From Candidatus Poriferisocius sp. (lineage in GTDB: Bacteria > Actinomycetota > Acidimicrobiia > Acidimicrobiales > Bin134), in NCBI RefSeq assembly GCF_965208475.1, contig NZ_OZ242338.1:2834782-2898781 (forward strand): a stretch of 64,000 nucleotides of DNA. The letters run 5' to 3'. The notes under the pieces were generated by a model. The model did no database searches and was not told the DNA's origin. It worked only from the letters and a program-made list of their open reading frames with translations. Position 1 is the stretch's first letter, and each line of letters starts with the position of its first letter. Shown one piece after another: positions 1-8,737 of the stretch. A program made the translations under genes and the position numbers.

Positions 1-66
1 GCTTCTCGCTGAGATGCCATCTTGTTTCGCTACGTTGTGGCCACCACCGAGACTTTGGAGGTTCAA

Positions 67-1488
67 GTGTTCAAGCGACTTCTAGGGGTGCTCATCGCTC
101 TATCAGTGCTCGTCACCGCCTGCGGGGGCGACTCAGATTCCGACACCACGGATGACGCTCCGGTTGAGCAACCAGCAAGCGAGCCCGACGCCGAACCCGA
201 AACGACAGACGAACCGGCGGAGGATGAGCCTGCCGCCGAACCCGAACCGGCAGAGGACGAGCCCGCCGCCGAACCCGAACCGGCAGAGGACGAGCCCGCC
301 GCCGAACCCGAGGCAACTCCCGAGCCGCTGACGGCCTCATTCAGAGGAGTGACCGAAACGGAGATCCGCATCGGCATGACCTCCCTCGATGCGGAGATGT
401 TCGGATTCGACCAGGGCGACCTCGCTTCCAAATGGCAGGTGGCCGCCGACGCGGTGAACGCGGCCGGCGGGATAAACGGCCGGATGCTGGTCCCCTTCAT
501 CGAAGTCTTCGATGTCCTCGGGTCGGTCGGAGCAGACGCGGCCTGCGTGAAGTTCGTCGAGGACGAGATGGTCTTCGCGTTCGTCGGGTGGCTTCGCGAG
601 GACAACGAACTCTGCTACACCGAGCTCAACAACACCATTGCCGTAAACGGCAACGATGTGACCCCGGATGCCATCAGCCGCTCCAATGGGCTGCTCTTCG
701 CCACCGAGGCCACCACGCTGGGCATCGAGGTGAACATGATCGCCGCGGCTGCGGCTGATGGGCTTCTCGAGGGCAAGAGCGTCCACCTCAGCCTATTGGT
801 CACCGAAGAAGCTCTTATCGACCCCCTCGGTGCTGCGCTAGAGGCTGGCGGCGCCTCCATCAGCTCGGTCAGCACGATCACCGCGGTGGACGATGTGCCG
901 GCCGCCGAGGCCAACCACGACGTGATCGTCCAGCGGATCGCCGATGAGAGTCCCGATCTGGTGTACTCGCTTGAGCCTTCGCTAATGGCCGCGGCCCTCA
1001 TAAGGGCGGGGATCGACATCCCGGTGATGACCAGCGAATCTGACGAAGACATCTTCCTGAACTTGGGCGTGGATCCCAACGACATTCAGATACACGCATT
1101 CGCGCCAGCACAGAACCAGACGATCTGGGACCAGGGGAACGACCCCCTGCTCATCGAGTGCGTAGAAAATTACAACAACGCCCAGATCACCGACGAGGAT
1201 GGCAACGTCGAAATGGTCAACGTGACCGAAGATCCCAGCCAGCCCTTCAACTTGGATCTGGTCGTTAGGGCATGCCAAACGGTCCAGCTATTCGCGGCCA
1301 TTGCCACCGCGGCTGGCCCCAATCTCACCAACGACACCTTCCTGGAGGCGGCGGCCAACCTCGGGTCCATCGACCTGCCGGGCATGTCTGCGGCTTCCCT
1401 CGGCGAGGGCAAGATCGGTGCCGACGACTCGCCGATGATCAAGGTGGTGTGGGATCCCGACGAAGAGGAGTTCGTGCCGGCCGGCTGA
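67..1488 (+). CDS. ABC-transporter substrate-binding lipoprotein, Leu/Ile/Val-binding (type 1 periplasmic binding protein) family
   Basis: ORF 22..1488. GGAGG at 57-61 lies five nt before GTG 67. Signal peptide with lipobox LVTACGG, then an acidic Pro/Glu/Ala linker. Paralogous in layout to the ORFs at 18500 and 60811; the latter ends a livGFHM-type operon. Confidence 0.7.
   Translation: MFKRLLGVLIALSVLVTACGGDSDSDTTDDAPVEQPASEPDAEPETTDEPAEDEPAAEPEPAEDEPAAEPEPAEDEPAAEPEATPEPLTASFRGVTETEIRIGMTSLDAEMFGFDQGDLASKWQVAADAVNAAGGINGRMLVPFIEVFDVLGSVGADAACVKFVEDEMVFAFVGWLREDNELCYTELNNTIAVNGNDVTPDAISRSNGLLFATEATTLGIEVNMIAAAAADGLLEGKSVHLSLLVTEEALIDPLGAALEAGGASISSVSTITAVDDVPAAEANHDVIVQRIADESPDLVYSLEPSLMAAALIRAGIDIPVMTSESDEDIFLNLGVDPNDIQIHAFAPAQNQTIWDQGNDPLLIECVENYNNAQITDEDGNVEMVNVTEDPSQPFNLDLVVRACQTVQLFAAIATAAGPNLTNDTFLEAAANLGSIDLPGMSAASLGEGKIGADDSPMIKVVWDPDEEEFVPAG
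238..303. repeat. Perfect 33-bp tandem duplication (GAACCCGAACCGGCAGAGGACGAGCCCGCCGCC x2) inside the binding-protein linker, with a degenerate partial copy at about 211-237
   Basis: Read directly: units 238-270 and 271-303 are identical. They are in frame and encode EPEPAEDEPAA twice. Confidence 0.9.
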
Positions 1489-2312
1489 TGGGAATTGACG
1501 TCTTCGAGCAGTTGGTCCCCGTGGGGGGCACCAAGAACCTGCGCGACCTCGGCGGCATTCAAGCCGCCGAGAGCCGCGTGGTTCGCGGAGGGGTTCTCTA
1601 CCGCTCCGACACGCTGCACGAAGCAGTCGGGGAGGATTTGGCCCGCCTGGATCTGGCCTGCGTGGTCGACTTCCGCAGCGCCGCTGAGGTGGAGCGCCGA
1701 CCAGACCGGCTCGATGGCCTCGACGTGCGCTGGGTAAATCTGCCCATCGACAACCCCCGAGGCTCTACTGAGCTTCTCGCCGGCCGAGACGAAGATTTGT
1801 CGGAGTTCCGGGCAGAGATCATCCATCATTGGCTCAACCGGGACTTCGATGCTGTGCTCAAGCTGACCAACGAGTTGGACCTAGACATCGCGGGCGACCG
1901 CGTGAAGCGGTATGTGAGCTTCGCCACCGATTTCGCTTCGGTCTTCGCCGAGTTCTTCGCCGAGGTCGTAGCGGCCTCTGGCCGACCCCTCCTGTACCAC
2001 TGCGAAGGCGGAACCGATCGGACTGGGGCGGCTACCGCGTTGCTGCTCGGCGTGCTCGGCGTCGAGCGCAAGGCGGTGGTGGAGGACTACCTGGCCACCA
2101 ACACCGTGATCGCCGCCGAGCTAGAGGAGCTCCGCCGCTTGGCCCCGCCTTCGCTGTGGCCCATACTCGGCGCCCACGAAAGTCAGATCCATGCTTTTCT
2201 CGACCACATCGAAAACGAACTAGGCGGCTTGGACTCCTATGCCCGTTCCCACCTCAACCTCACCGACAAGGCCATCGACTTGCTCAGATCGACTTATCTC
2301 ACCGCGGCGTAG
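1488..2312 (+). CDS. Protein tyrosine/serine phosphatase family protein
   Basis: In-frame ATG at 1488 overlaps the upstream TGA (TGATG). CX5R active-site signature HCEGGTDRTG. N-terminus is MGIDVFEQLVPVGGTKNLRDLGG. Confidence 0.7.
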   Translation: MGIDVFEQLVPVGGTKNLRDLGGIQAAESRVVRGGVLYRSDTLHEAVGEDLARLDLACVVDFRSAAEVERRPDRLDGLDVRWVNLPIDNPRGSTELLAGRDEDLSEFRAEIIHHWLNRDFDAVLKLTNELDLDIAGDRVKRYVSFATDFASVFAEFFAEVVAASGRPLLYHCEGGTDRTGAATALLLGVLGVERKAVVEDYLATNTVIAAELEELRRLAPPSLWPILGAHESQIHAFLDHIENELGGLDSYARSHLNLTDKAIDLLRSTYLTAA

Positions 2313-2329
2313 TCAAACTCAAGGACTCC

Positions 2330-3529
2330 TCAGTGGGTGGCTCGGCGGTGGCGGTGGGCGGCGAGTTGGGCGGCGAGCTCGTCGGGGGGCGTCTTGTTGG
2401 CCAGGGCCTCGAACACCAGATCTTGCTGTGATGGGGGCGTGAGGCCGCCGATGGGCACGTCGCGGTCGAGGTTGGTGGGGAAGGCGTAGCCCTCGGCACT
2501 GGCCGCCACCGCACAGGCGACGAGGGCGGGGTCGAGCCCCTCCTCCTGGCGGCGCAACAGCGCGGGGTAGACGGCATTGGTGATGCGCTCCCGATCCACG
2601 GCCTCGGTGGCCCGGCCCATGGCCGAGGAGATCTGCAACAGATTGGCCATCCGCCGCACGTCGTTGGTGCGGTTATGGCCGCCGGCGTGGAGCACCGCCG
2701 GGCTGAAGAACACCAGGTCGCCTTTGTCCAGTTCGATCTGCACGCGGTGCTCGGCGAAATACTCGATCAGCTCGGGGCGCCGCCAAGCCAGGTAGCCGAG
2801 CTCATACTTGTGGGAGTGGGGCAACAGCATGGTGGCCCCCGTCTCAGGCGGCATGTGGCAGTGGGCCACCCCCCCTTGAAGGGTCAACAGCGGCGACAGC
2901 CGGTGGGTGTGGATCGGATACCGCTCGGCCACCTCATCGGTCATGAAACCCACGTGGTAGTCCCGGTGGGGCATTTGGGCCGAGCCGCCAGGATTGATGG
3001 CGTTCACCTGGGCGGTTATCTGATAGCCGGGACCGAGCCAGGCCAGCGAGGCCAGGTCGATCATATCGCAGGCGTGATAGTCGACGAAGGTGTCGGGATC
3101 GGCCACGGCCAGCTTTTCCAGGGCGTTCCACAGCCGGTCATTGGCCCCGGGCTTGGCATAGTGGTCGCCCCCGCCGGTTCCGGCCTCGCGCTCTTCGGCA
3201 ATGATCTGCTCGAATACCTCGGTGGCCCGATCCACCACAGAAGGCTCGATGGCCCCGGTGATCACGATTACCCCCGGCCCGTCGTGAAGCGCCCGGGTCA
3301 ACTCCCGGCGCACCGCGGCCGCTTCGCCGAGGTCGCCGAGATGACCGCGCAGCTCCTCGGTGCGATACACCAGAGCCCGATCCACCACTGCTTCGGCAAT
3401 CGGGTACTCGTCCAGCGAAACCTCGACCTCTACAACCGCGCGCAACTTGTCGAGGGCGAACCCCTCCCGGCTGGTAACCACCGCGTCCCCCGCGGTGACT
3501 CGGCTGGGATAAAGCGGCGTGGCGGTCAT
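2330..3529 (-). CDS. Phytanoyl-CoA dioxygenase (PhyH)-like Fe(II)/2-oxoglutarate oxygenase
   Basis: 399-aa ORF. His/Asp-rich core segments HRDYHVGF, LLPHSHKY and LHAGGHNRT are typical of the PhyH fold. Confidence 0.55.
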   Translation of the reverse strand: MTATPLYPSRVTAGDAVVTSREGFALDKLRAVVEVEVSLDEYPIAEAVVDRALVYRTEELRGHLGDLGEAAAVRRELTRALHDGPGVIVITGAIEPSVVDRATEVFEQIIAEEREAGTGGGDHYAKPGANDRLWNALEKLAVADPDTFVDYHACDMIDLASLAWLGPGYQITAQVNAINPGGSAQMPHRDYHVGFMTDEVAERYPIHTHRLSPLLTLQGGVAHCHMPPETGATMLLPHSHKYELGYLAWRRPELIEYFAEHRVQIELDKGDLVFFSPAVLHAGGHNRTNDVRRMANLLQISSAMGRATEAVDRERITNAVYPALLRRQEEGLDPALVACAVAASAEGYAFPTNLDRDVPIGGLTPPSQQDLVFEALANKTPPDELAAQLAAHRHRRATH

Positions 3530-3544
3530 GTTGGGCCCCCTCAG

Positions 3545-3619
3545 CGCGCTTGGAGGGACTCGAACCCCCGGCCTTCTGATCCGTAGTCAGACGCTCTAAT
3601 CCAACTGAGCTACAAGCGC
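3545..3619 (-). tRNA. tRNA-Arg (anticodon ACG)
   Basis: Reverse complement folds as a cloverleaf: acceptor GCGCTTG/CAAGCGC, anticodon stem TCTGA/TCAGA with loop CTACGGA, T-loop TTCGAGT. CCA is not encoded. Confidence 0.9.
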
Positions 3620-3753
3620 GAGCAGCAGCCAGTGTACCCGGCGCCCTGGGCGCGGTCGCTACTGGATTGCCCCGTGGCGTATGAGCCTCACTCAGCCGCA
3701 GCCTCGCGGGACTGCGCTACCGCAGTGTCCCCCGAATCTGCCTCCTCGGTAAA

Positions 3754-5412
3754 GTGGCCATTCACGATGCTCGACCGCCCCAACACCCGATGACCGAATC
3801 AGATTTCGACGTTGTCATCATTGGCGCCGGTGCCGCGGGGCTGTACGCCCTCCACCGGGTACGCGGACTCGGCCTGTCGGCCAAGGTCTTCGAGAAGGGG
3901 GACGGCGTCGGCGGTACCTGGTACTGGAACCGCTACCCCGGCGCCCGGTGCGACGTGGAGAGCTGGGATTACTGCTACACGTTCTCCGAGGAGCTAGAGC
4001 AGGAGTGGGAGTGGACCGAGCGGTTCCCCACCCAGCCGGAGTTGGAGCGCTACTTCAACCACGTCGCCGACCGCTTCGACCTGCGTCGAGACATCGAATT
4101 CGACACCCGGGTGGAGCAGGCCCGTTTCGACGACGAGCTGAGCTGCTGGATAGTCCGCACTTCTGAGGGCGAAACGGTTTCGGCTCGGTTCGTCATATCA
4201 GCCACCGGCTGCCTCTCGGAGGTGAACATGCCGCGATTCAAGGGGGCCGACACCTTCGAGGGCCAGCAGATCCACACCGCCCGTTGGCCGAAGGGCGGCA
4301 TGGACGTCACCGGCATGCGGGTCGGCGTGATCGGCACCGGGTCGACCGGCGTGCAGGCCATTCCGCAGCTGGCCAAGCAGGCCGAGCAGCTGTTCGTCTT
4401 CCAGCGCACTCCGCAGTTCGCCATCCCGGCCCGCAACCGGCCGCTCGACGACGACAAGCTTGAGGAGCTGAAGCACAACTACCGCGAGCGGTGGGCGCTC
4501 AAGCGCGCGAACCCTGTCGGGATGGGGCGTCACCCTCCCGAGGTATCGTCGGCCCTCGAAGTCGATGAGGCGACCCGAACCAGGGTGCTGGAGGACTCGT
4601 GGGCCCTCGGCGGGCCGGGCTTCGCCCGGACCTTCGACGACGTGATGACCAACGCCGAGTCGAACCAGCTCACGGCGCAGTTCGTTCGGGACAAGATCAA
4701 AGACAAGGTCGACAATCCCGACGTGGCCTACGCCCTCCTGGAGATCGACCACCCCCTGGGCGCCCGGCGGCTCATCGTAGAGATCGACTACTTCGAGACC
4801 TACAACCGGCTCAACGTGACGCTGGTGGACGTGGCCACCAACCCCATTACCGAAGTCACGCCCCAGGGTCTGCGAACCGCCGAGGGCTCCTACGACCTCG
4901 ACCTGATCGTGTATGCCACCGGATTCGACGGCATGACCGGCGCCCTGCTGGCCATGGACATCCAAGGGGTTGGAGGCCTGGCCCTTCGCGACAAATGGGC
5001 CAATGGGGCCGGCGCCTATCTCGGCCTGGTGGCGTCCGGATTCCCCAACCTGTTCATGATCACCGGCCCCGGCAGCCCGGCGGTTTTCAGCAACGTGATC
5101 TTCTCCATCGAACAGCACGTCGACTGGATCACCGGCTGCCTGGCCCACATGCTCGACCACGGTCTAGACCGCATCGACTCCGATCCCCGGGCCGAGGCCG
5201 AATGGACCCGGCAAGTCCAGGAGATCGCCGCCCAGAGCATCGTCGGCAAAACCGATTCGTGGTGGACCGGAGCCAACATCGCCGGCAAGCCGAAAGGCGT
5301 CACCTTCTACCTCGGCGGCACCCACACCTACGCCGCCGTCTGCGACCAGATCGCCGCCAAAGGCTACGAGGGTTTTACCTTCCGGGCGGCCAACAGACCC
5401 GCGCGCTCCTGA
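3754..5412 (+). CDS. Baeyer-Villiger (flavin-containing) monooxygenase
   Basis: FAD fold VVIIGAGAAGLY, GGTWYWNRYPGARCD and the BVMO fingerprint FEGQQIHTARWP. The start could instead be ATG 3790 (MTESDFDVV). Confidence 0.85.
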   Translation: MAIHDARPPQHPMTESDFDVVIIGAGAAGLYALHRVRGLGLSAKVFEKGDGVGGTWYWNRYPGARCDVESWDYCYTFSEELEQEWEWTERFPTQPELERYFNHVADRFDLRRDIEFDTRVEQARFDDELSCWIVRTSEGETVSARFVISATGCLSEVNMPRFKGADTFEGQQIHTARWPKGGMDVTGMRVGVIGTGSTGVQAIPQLAKQAEQLFVFQRTPQFAIPARNRPLDDDKLEELKHNYRERWALKRANPVGMGRHPPEVSSALEVDEATRTRVLEDSWALGGPGFARTFDDVMTNAESNQLTAQFVRDKIKDKVDNPDVAYALLEIDHPLGARRLIVEIDYFETYNRLNVTLVDVATNPITEVTPQGLRTAEGSYDLDLIVYATGFDGMTGALLAMDIQGVGGLALRDKWANGAGAYLGLVASGFPNLFMITGPGSPAVFSNVIFSIEQHVDWITGCLAHMLDHGLDRIDSDPRAEAEWTRQVQEIAAQSIVGKTDSWWTGANIAGKPKGVTFYLGGTHTYAAVCDQIAAKGYEGFTFRAANRPARS

Positions 5413-5455
5413 AGAACCTTCGGGCTAGTCAGCGTTCACCACCTGGTGAATAGGT

Positions 5456-5483
5456 GCATGAATCTTTCATGCTAGAATCATGC
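5456..5483 (+). promoter_or_regulatory. Candidate operator/promoter of vapBC: inverted repeat GCATGA-N5-TCATGC, a -10-like TAGAAT and a repeated TCATGC
   Basis: Read directly. TAGAAT at 5473-5478 ends 6 nt before ATG 5485, which suggests a leaderless transcript. Confidence 0.4.
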
Positions 5484-5484
5484 T

Positions 5485-5718
5485 ATGGCTAATCTTCAGG
5501 TTAGGAATGTGCCTGATGTCCTCCACGAGCGGTTGCGCCAGCACGCCCTGGAGAGGAATTGCACCATGAGCGCGGCGGTGCTCGACGCTATTGAGCGGGA
5601 GCTTGCCCGGTGGGAGTGGAGCAAGCATTTATCGACTCGGCCGACCACTGACCTCGGGATTGAGGTTGCCTCCCTAATCGCCGAAGTGCGGGCATCTCGC
5701 GATTCAGAGCTTGAATGA
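5485..5718 (+). CDS. vapB: Ribbon-helix-helix antitoxin (VapB/FitA-like)
   Basis: 77 aa. N-terminus MANLQVRNVPDVLHERLRQHA is typical of RHH antitoxins. 4-bp overlap with the downstream PIN gene. Confidence 0.7.
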   Translation: MANLQVRNVPDVLHERLRQHALERNCTMSAAVLDAIERELARWEWSKHLSTRPTTDLGIEVASLIAEVRASRDSELE

Positions 5719-6116
5719 CCGGCTACGTAGTCGACGCCTCAGTAGCGGTCGAATACCTATTGCGAACGCCGCTGGGGATCACGCTTGCTGACACCGTCGA
5801 AAAAGCATCATTGGCTGCCCCCGAGCTGCTCGACCCAGAAGTGATGTCGGCGCTGCGCCGCGCCGTTCTCACCGGACGACTTGAGGAAGCAAGGGCCGTG
5901 ATGGCTCTGAGCGATCTGGCCATCTGGCCTATCGATCGCATCTCCCATCGAGTGCTCGCCATGTCGGCCTGGCAGCACTACGCCAATGTCAGCGCCTACG
6001 ACGCCTTTTATATCGCAGCCGCCCGAGCCATGGGGGTACCGCTGTTGACCGCAGATGGCCGGCTAGCGAGATCAACCGGCCTCGACATCACTATCCACCA
6101 CATACGAATGAGCTGA
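5715..6116 (+). CDS. vapC: PIN-domain toxin VapC
   Basis: 133 aa. VVDASVAVEYL N-terminal acidic motif, YDAFYIAAA, and LLTADGRLA at the C-terminus. Confidence 0.8.
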   Translation: MTGYVVDASVAVEYLLRTPLGITLADTVEKASLAAPELLDPEVMSALRRAVLTGRLEEARAVMALSDLAIWPIDRISHRVLAMSAWQHYANVSAYDAFYIAAARAMGVPLLTADGRLARSTGLDITIHHIRMS

Positions 6117-6166
6117 GCCGCCGGATCAAAGGGAGCAACCATGGCGGTGATGCCACGATCGCGGGT

Positions 6167-6198
6167 GTATGCAAAAGTGTTAGCATACTTGCATGCAA
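6167..6198 (+). promoter_or_regulatory. Candidate mazEF operator: GTATGC-N10-GCATAC inverted repeat plus the 10-bp palindrome TTGCATGCAA spanning the antitoxin ATG
   Basis: Read directly. -10-like TAGCAT/CATACT at 6181-6189 lies just upstream of ATG 6193. Confidence 0.4.
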
Positions 6199-6387
6199 AG
6201 TACCAGTGTGCGCATCGATGTGGCGACCCATCAGGAGCTGAAGAAGCTTGCCGCATCCCTAGGCGCAACGGTGGGCGACACGGTTGCGCTGGCGGTGCGA
6301 CGACTACGGCAAGACGAGATCGGAGCTGAGCTGGCGGATCAACTCACTGACGAAGAAACGGGTTGGCTCGATGCTGACCTCGGGTGA
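6193..6387 (+). CDS. Antitoxin (MazE/RHH-like) paired with a MazF-family toxin
   Basis: 64 aa with an acidic C-terminus. Overlaps the downstream toxin start by 17 nt. Confidence 0.6.
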   Translation: MQSTSVRIDVATHQELKKLAASLGATVGDTVALAVRRLRQDEIGAELADQLTDEETGWLDADLG

Positions 6388-6715
6388 CGTTGTCGAACTG
6401 GATCTCGGATTTCCCTTTGGCCGCGAGGCGGGGTTTCGCCACCCCGCAGTCGTAGTGACAGCCCAAAGAGTGCTCGACGCCAGGCCCAGCGTGGTTCAAG
6501 TGGTGCCACTGACTTCGCAACTTCGAGGATTTGCCTCGGAGGTGGAGCTAGAGGCCGATCCGCAGAACGGGTTGGATCGCGCCTCGGCCGCCCAGTGCCA
6601 GCACGTCCGCGCCGTCGCGGCAAGCCGAATCGAGGGCGCAAGGGGCAACATCGGAGGGACAGCGCTCACCCAAATCCGCGAAGTCCTGGGACTGATCCTC
6701 GATGTCCCGGGTTGA
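6371..6715 (+). CDS. mazF: MazF/PemK-family endoribonuclease toxin
   Basis: Internal ATG 6371 of ORF 6284..6715. GDVVELDLGFPFGREAGFRHPAVVV and VVPLTSQ are typical of the PemK/MazF fold. Confidence 0.8.
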   Translation: MLTSGDVVELDLGFPFGREAGFRHPAVVVTAQRVLDARPSVVQVVPLTSQLRGFASEVELEADPQNGLDRASAAQCQHVRAVAASRIEGARGNIGGTALTQIREVLGLILDVPG

Positions 6716-6836
6716 TTGGGCGATCACGTAGCGACCATTGATGGCCTCTGGCAGCCTCCCAGAAATTGTCTGAGAAATGACGCATTCGTTCCCCGCTGAC
6801 GAGCGTCGGCCACATCCAATGGCCACCGCATCGCTA

Positions 6837-6926
6837 TGGCGGAAGGTATGGGATTCGAACCCATGGTGACCCGGAGGCCACAACGGCTTTCGAGGCCGCC
6901 CCATTCGTCCGCTCTGGCAACCTTCC
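6837..6926 (-). tRNA. tRNA-Ser (anticodon CGA), long variable arm, CCA encoded
   Basis: Reverse complement GGAAGGTTGCCAGAGCGG...CTCGAAA...GGGTTCGAATCCCATACCTTCCGCCA. Acceptor GGAAGGT/ACCTTCC. Confidence 0.9.
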
Positions 6927-6980
6927 GCTCATCAGGATAGTGGGCTGCGCCGGCGTACTCCCAGCCCATAACCTGACCTC

Positions 6981-7430
6981 GTGACCGATGACCGCCAGTT
7001 CATGGATCTGGCCTTGGCCGAGGCCCGGCGGGCGTTGGAGCGCGGTGAGGTGCCCATCGGCGCGGTGGTGGCCATCGACGGCGCGGTGGTGGCCGCTCGC
7101 CACAACGAGCGGGAATCCACCAACGATCCCACCGCCCACGCTGAGATTCTGGCCCTGCGGGACGCGGCGGCAACTCGGGGCTCATCCCGGCTCGACGGGG
7201 CGGCGCTGGTGACCACGCTGGAACCGTGCCCGATGTGCGCGGGCGCCGCAGTGATGGCCCGGGTGGCCCGGGTGGTGTTCGCCGCTGAAGACCCCAAGGC
7301 CGGGGCGTGCGGCACGCTCTACAACCTCGGCGCCGACCCACGTCTCAACCACAGCTTCGAGGTGGTGGCCGGGGTGGGGCGTGACGAGTCCGCCACCCTG
7401 CTCAGAGACTTCTTCGCCGCCCGCCGCTGA
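6981..7430 (+). CDS. tadA: tRNA-specific adenosine deaminase TadA
   Basis: Deaminase zinc motifs HAEILALR and PCPMCAGA. 149 aa. Sits next to tRNA-Ser, as is common in actinobacteria. Confidence 0.9.
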   Translation: MTDDRQFMDLALAEARRALERGEVPIGAVVAIDGAVVAARHNERESTNDPTAHAEILALRDAAATRGSSRLDGAALVTTLEPCPMCAGAAVMARVARVVFAAEDPKAGACGTLYNLGADPRLNHSFEVVAGVGRDESATLLRDFFAARR

Positions 7431-7502
7431 GGGATTGCATTTGCCCTGCGAAGGTTCAATAACTAGAGCCGAGGCATCTCGATTCAGGAGTACGCTAGAA
7501 CT

Positions 7503-7727
7503 GTGAACCGGATCACAGTGAATCCCAATCAGATGGGCGGAGTTCCCTGCATTCGAGGCCTCCGCATTCCGGTCGCGACCGTCGTCAACATGATCGCTGA
7601 CGGCCTAACCCCCAGCGATATCATTGCCGAACTCCCGCCACTTGAACTCGAAGACGTGAGCGCGGCACTGAGGTTTGCTGCCGACACCGTCTCTGATCGC
7701 GAAATTCCCCTGCAAACCACCGCGTGA
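7503..7727 (+). CDS. DUF433-domain protein (putative antitoxin partner)
   Basis: 74 aa. GGVPCIRGLRIPVATVVNMIADGLTPSDII matches the DUF433 pattern. 4-bp overlap with the next gene. Confidence 0.65.
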   Translation: MNRITVNPNQMGGVPCIRGLRIPVATVVNMIADGLTPSDIIAELPPLELEDVSAALRFAADTVSDREIPLQTTA

Positions 7728-8101
7728 AGTTTCTGATTGATCAGAACCGTTCTCCTCAGCTGGCTGAGTTGCTCCGCGATGCCGGACACGACGCAGTTCA
7801 TACCTCTGAATTGGAACTAGAACGCGCTGAGGACAGCGAGTTGCTCGCACTTGCCGCCGATCAAGGGCGCGTTGTGGTTTCAGGTGACACCGACTTCGGA
7901 GCCTTGCTAGCCATGCTGCGAGCTAGCCAGCCGTCCGTGATCCTTTTTCGGGCTCGACATATGCCACGAGCCGAAAACCAAGCTGCGATCATCCTGGATC
8001 ATTTGGATGACATCGCCAACGACCTTGAAGAGGGCGCTGTCTTGGTGATTACCGATGACCGAATTCGGGTGCGGCACTTGCCCCTGATCAGCGACGACTA
8101 G
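7724..8101 (+). CDS. DUF5615-type PIN-like nuclease-fold protein (putative toxin partner of DUF433)
   Basis: 125 aa. MKFLIDQNRSPQLAELLRDAGHDAVH and SGDTDF are typical of the Mut7-C/PIN-like DUF5615 family. Confidence 0.6.
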   Translation: MKFLIDQNRSPQLAELLRDAGHDAVHTSELELERAEDSELLALAADQGRVVVSGDTDFGALLAMLRASQPSVILFRARHMPRAENQAAIILDHLDDIANDLEEGAVLVITDDRIRVRHLPLISDD

Positions 8102-8657
8102 GGCGGCGGCTCTTGCGCTTGCGGGGCCAGAAGAGCCAGGCGGCTAGGGCAACGGCTACGGGAATGATCACGACCAGCGCCAGGGTGCTGCCGCTGATGC
8201 CGCCTTCACCGCCCGAGCCTTCGGCGGCGGATTCGGGAAGCCACTCGGGTGGGGTGGCGGCCGGGTCGTAGGTGAAATCGAACTCCTCGGTAGCCCAATC
8301 CCCATCGCTTTGGTCGAGCAACTCCCAAATCACCGTGTACCGGCCAGGCTCGGTTAGCGGGTCGAAGCGGCCCCGCACCAGGTGGCCGTCCACCGTTGAC
8401 GCCGTGAGAATACGGGTGCCGTCGGGATATTGCAGCGCCGCTCCATTGAGGTCGTGGGGCTGGATGGGCTCTCGGAACTCCATCTCCACCCGGTCGACCG
8501 TTCCACCCACCACTTGACCGGGCTTCGGGGCCGACCGGCGCATCTCGGCGTGGGCGGCGGCGGTGTTGCTGAACACCGCCAGCAGCGAGAGCAAAAGGGC
8601 GAGCACTATGGCAATCGCCACCACCATGGCCACGATCTTTCGGGTCTGGACCCTCAC
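8088..8657 (-). CDS. CopC-domain copper-binding/resistance protein with a C-terminal membrane anchor
   Basis: Signal peptide, then a mature N-terminus beginning HAEM..SAPKPGQVV (CopC pattern). C-terminal TM helix and basic tail. The 3' end overlaps the convergent gene by 14 nt. Confidence 0.6.
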   Translation of the reverse strand: MRVQTRKIVAMVVAIAIVLALLLSLLAVFSNTAAAHAEMRRSAPKPGQVVGGTVDRVEMEFREPIQPHDLNGAALQYPDGTRILTASTVDGHLVRGRFDPLTEPGRYTVIWELLDQSDGDWATEEFDFTYDPAATPPEWLPESAAEGSGGEGGISGSTLALVVIIPVAVALAAWLFWPRKRKSRRPSRR

Positions 8658-8737
8658 GCCGCAACCCTATGCCGCTTCTTGGGCCTCCAAACAGCCGACT
8701 GTCATACCTGCGGCGTATCGTGCAGGAAGTGCATGCG

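Noticed and set aside
180-330. Short periodic repeats that might be mistaken for a CRISPR array or a minisatellite.
   Set aside because: The units are directly abutting with no spacers, lie in frame inside the binding-protein ORF, and encode an acidic PE-rich linker. No cas genes are present anywhere in the window.
6548-7139. ORFs 6548..6904, 6724..6969 and 6834..7139 on the minus strand.
   Set aside because: They run through tRNA-Ser(CGA) and the tadA start region and have no motif support, so they are treated as spurious.
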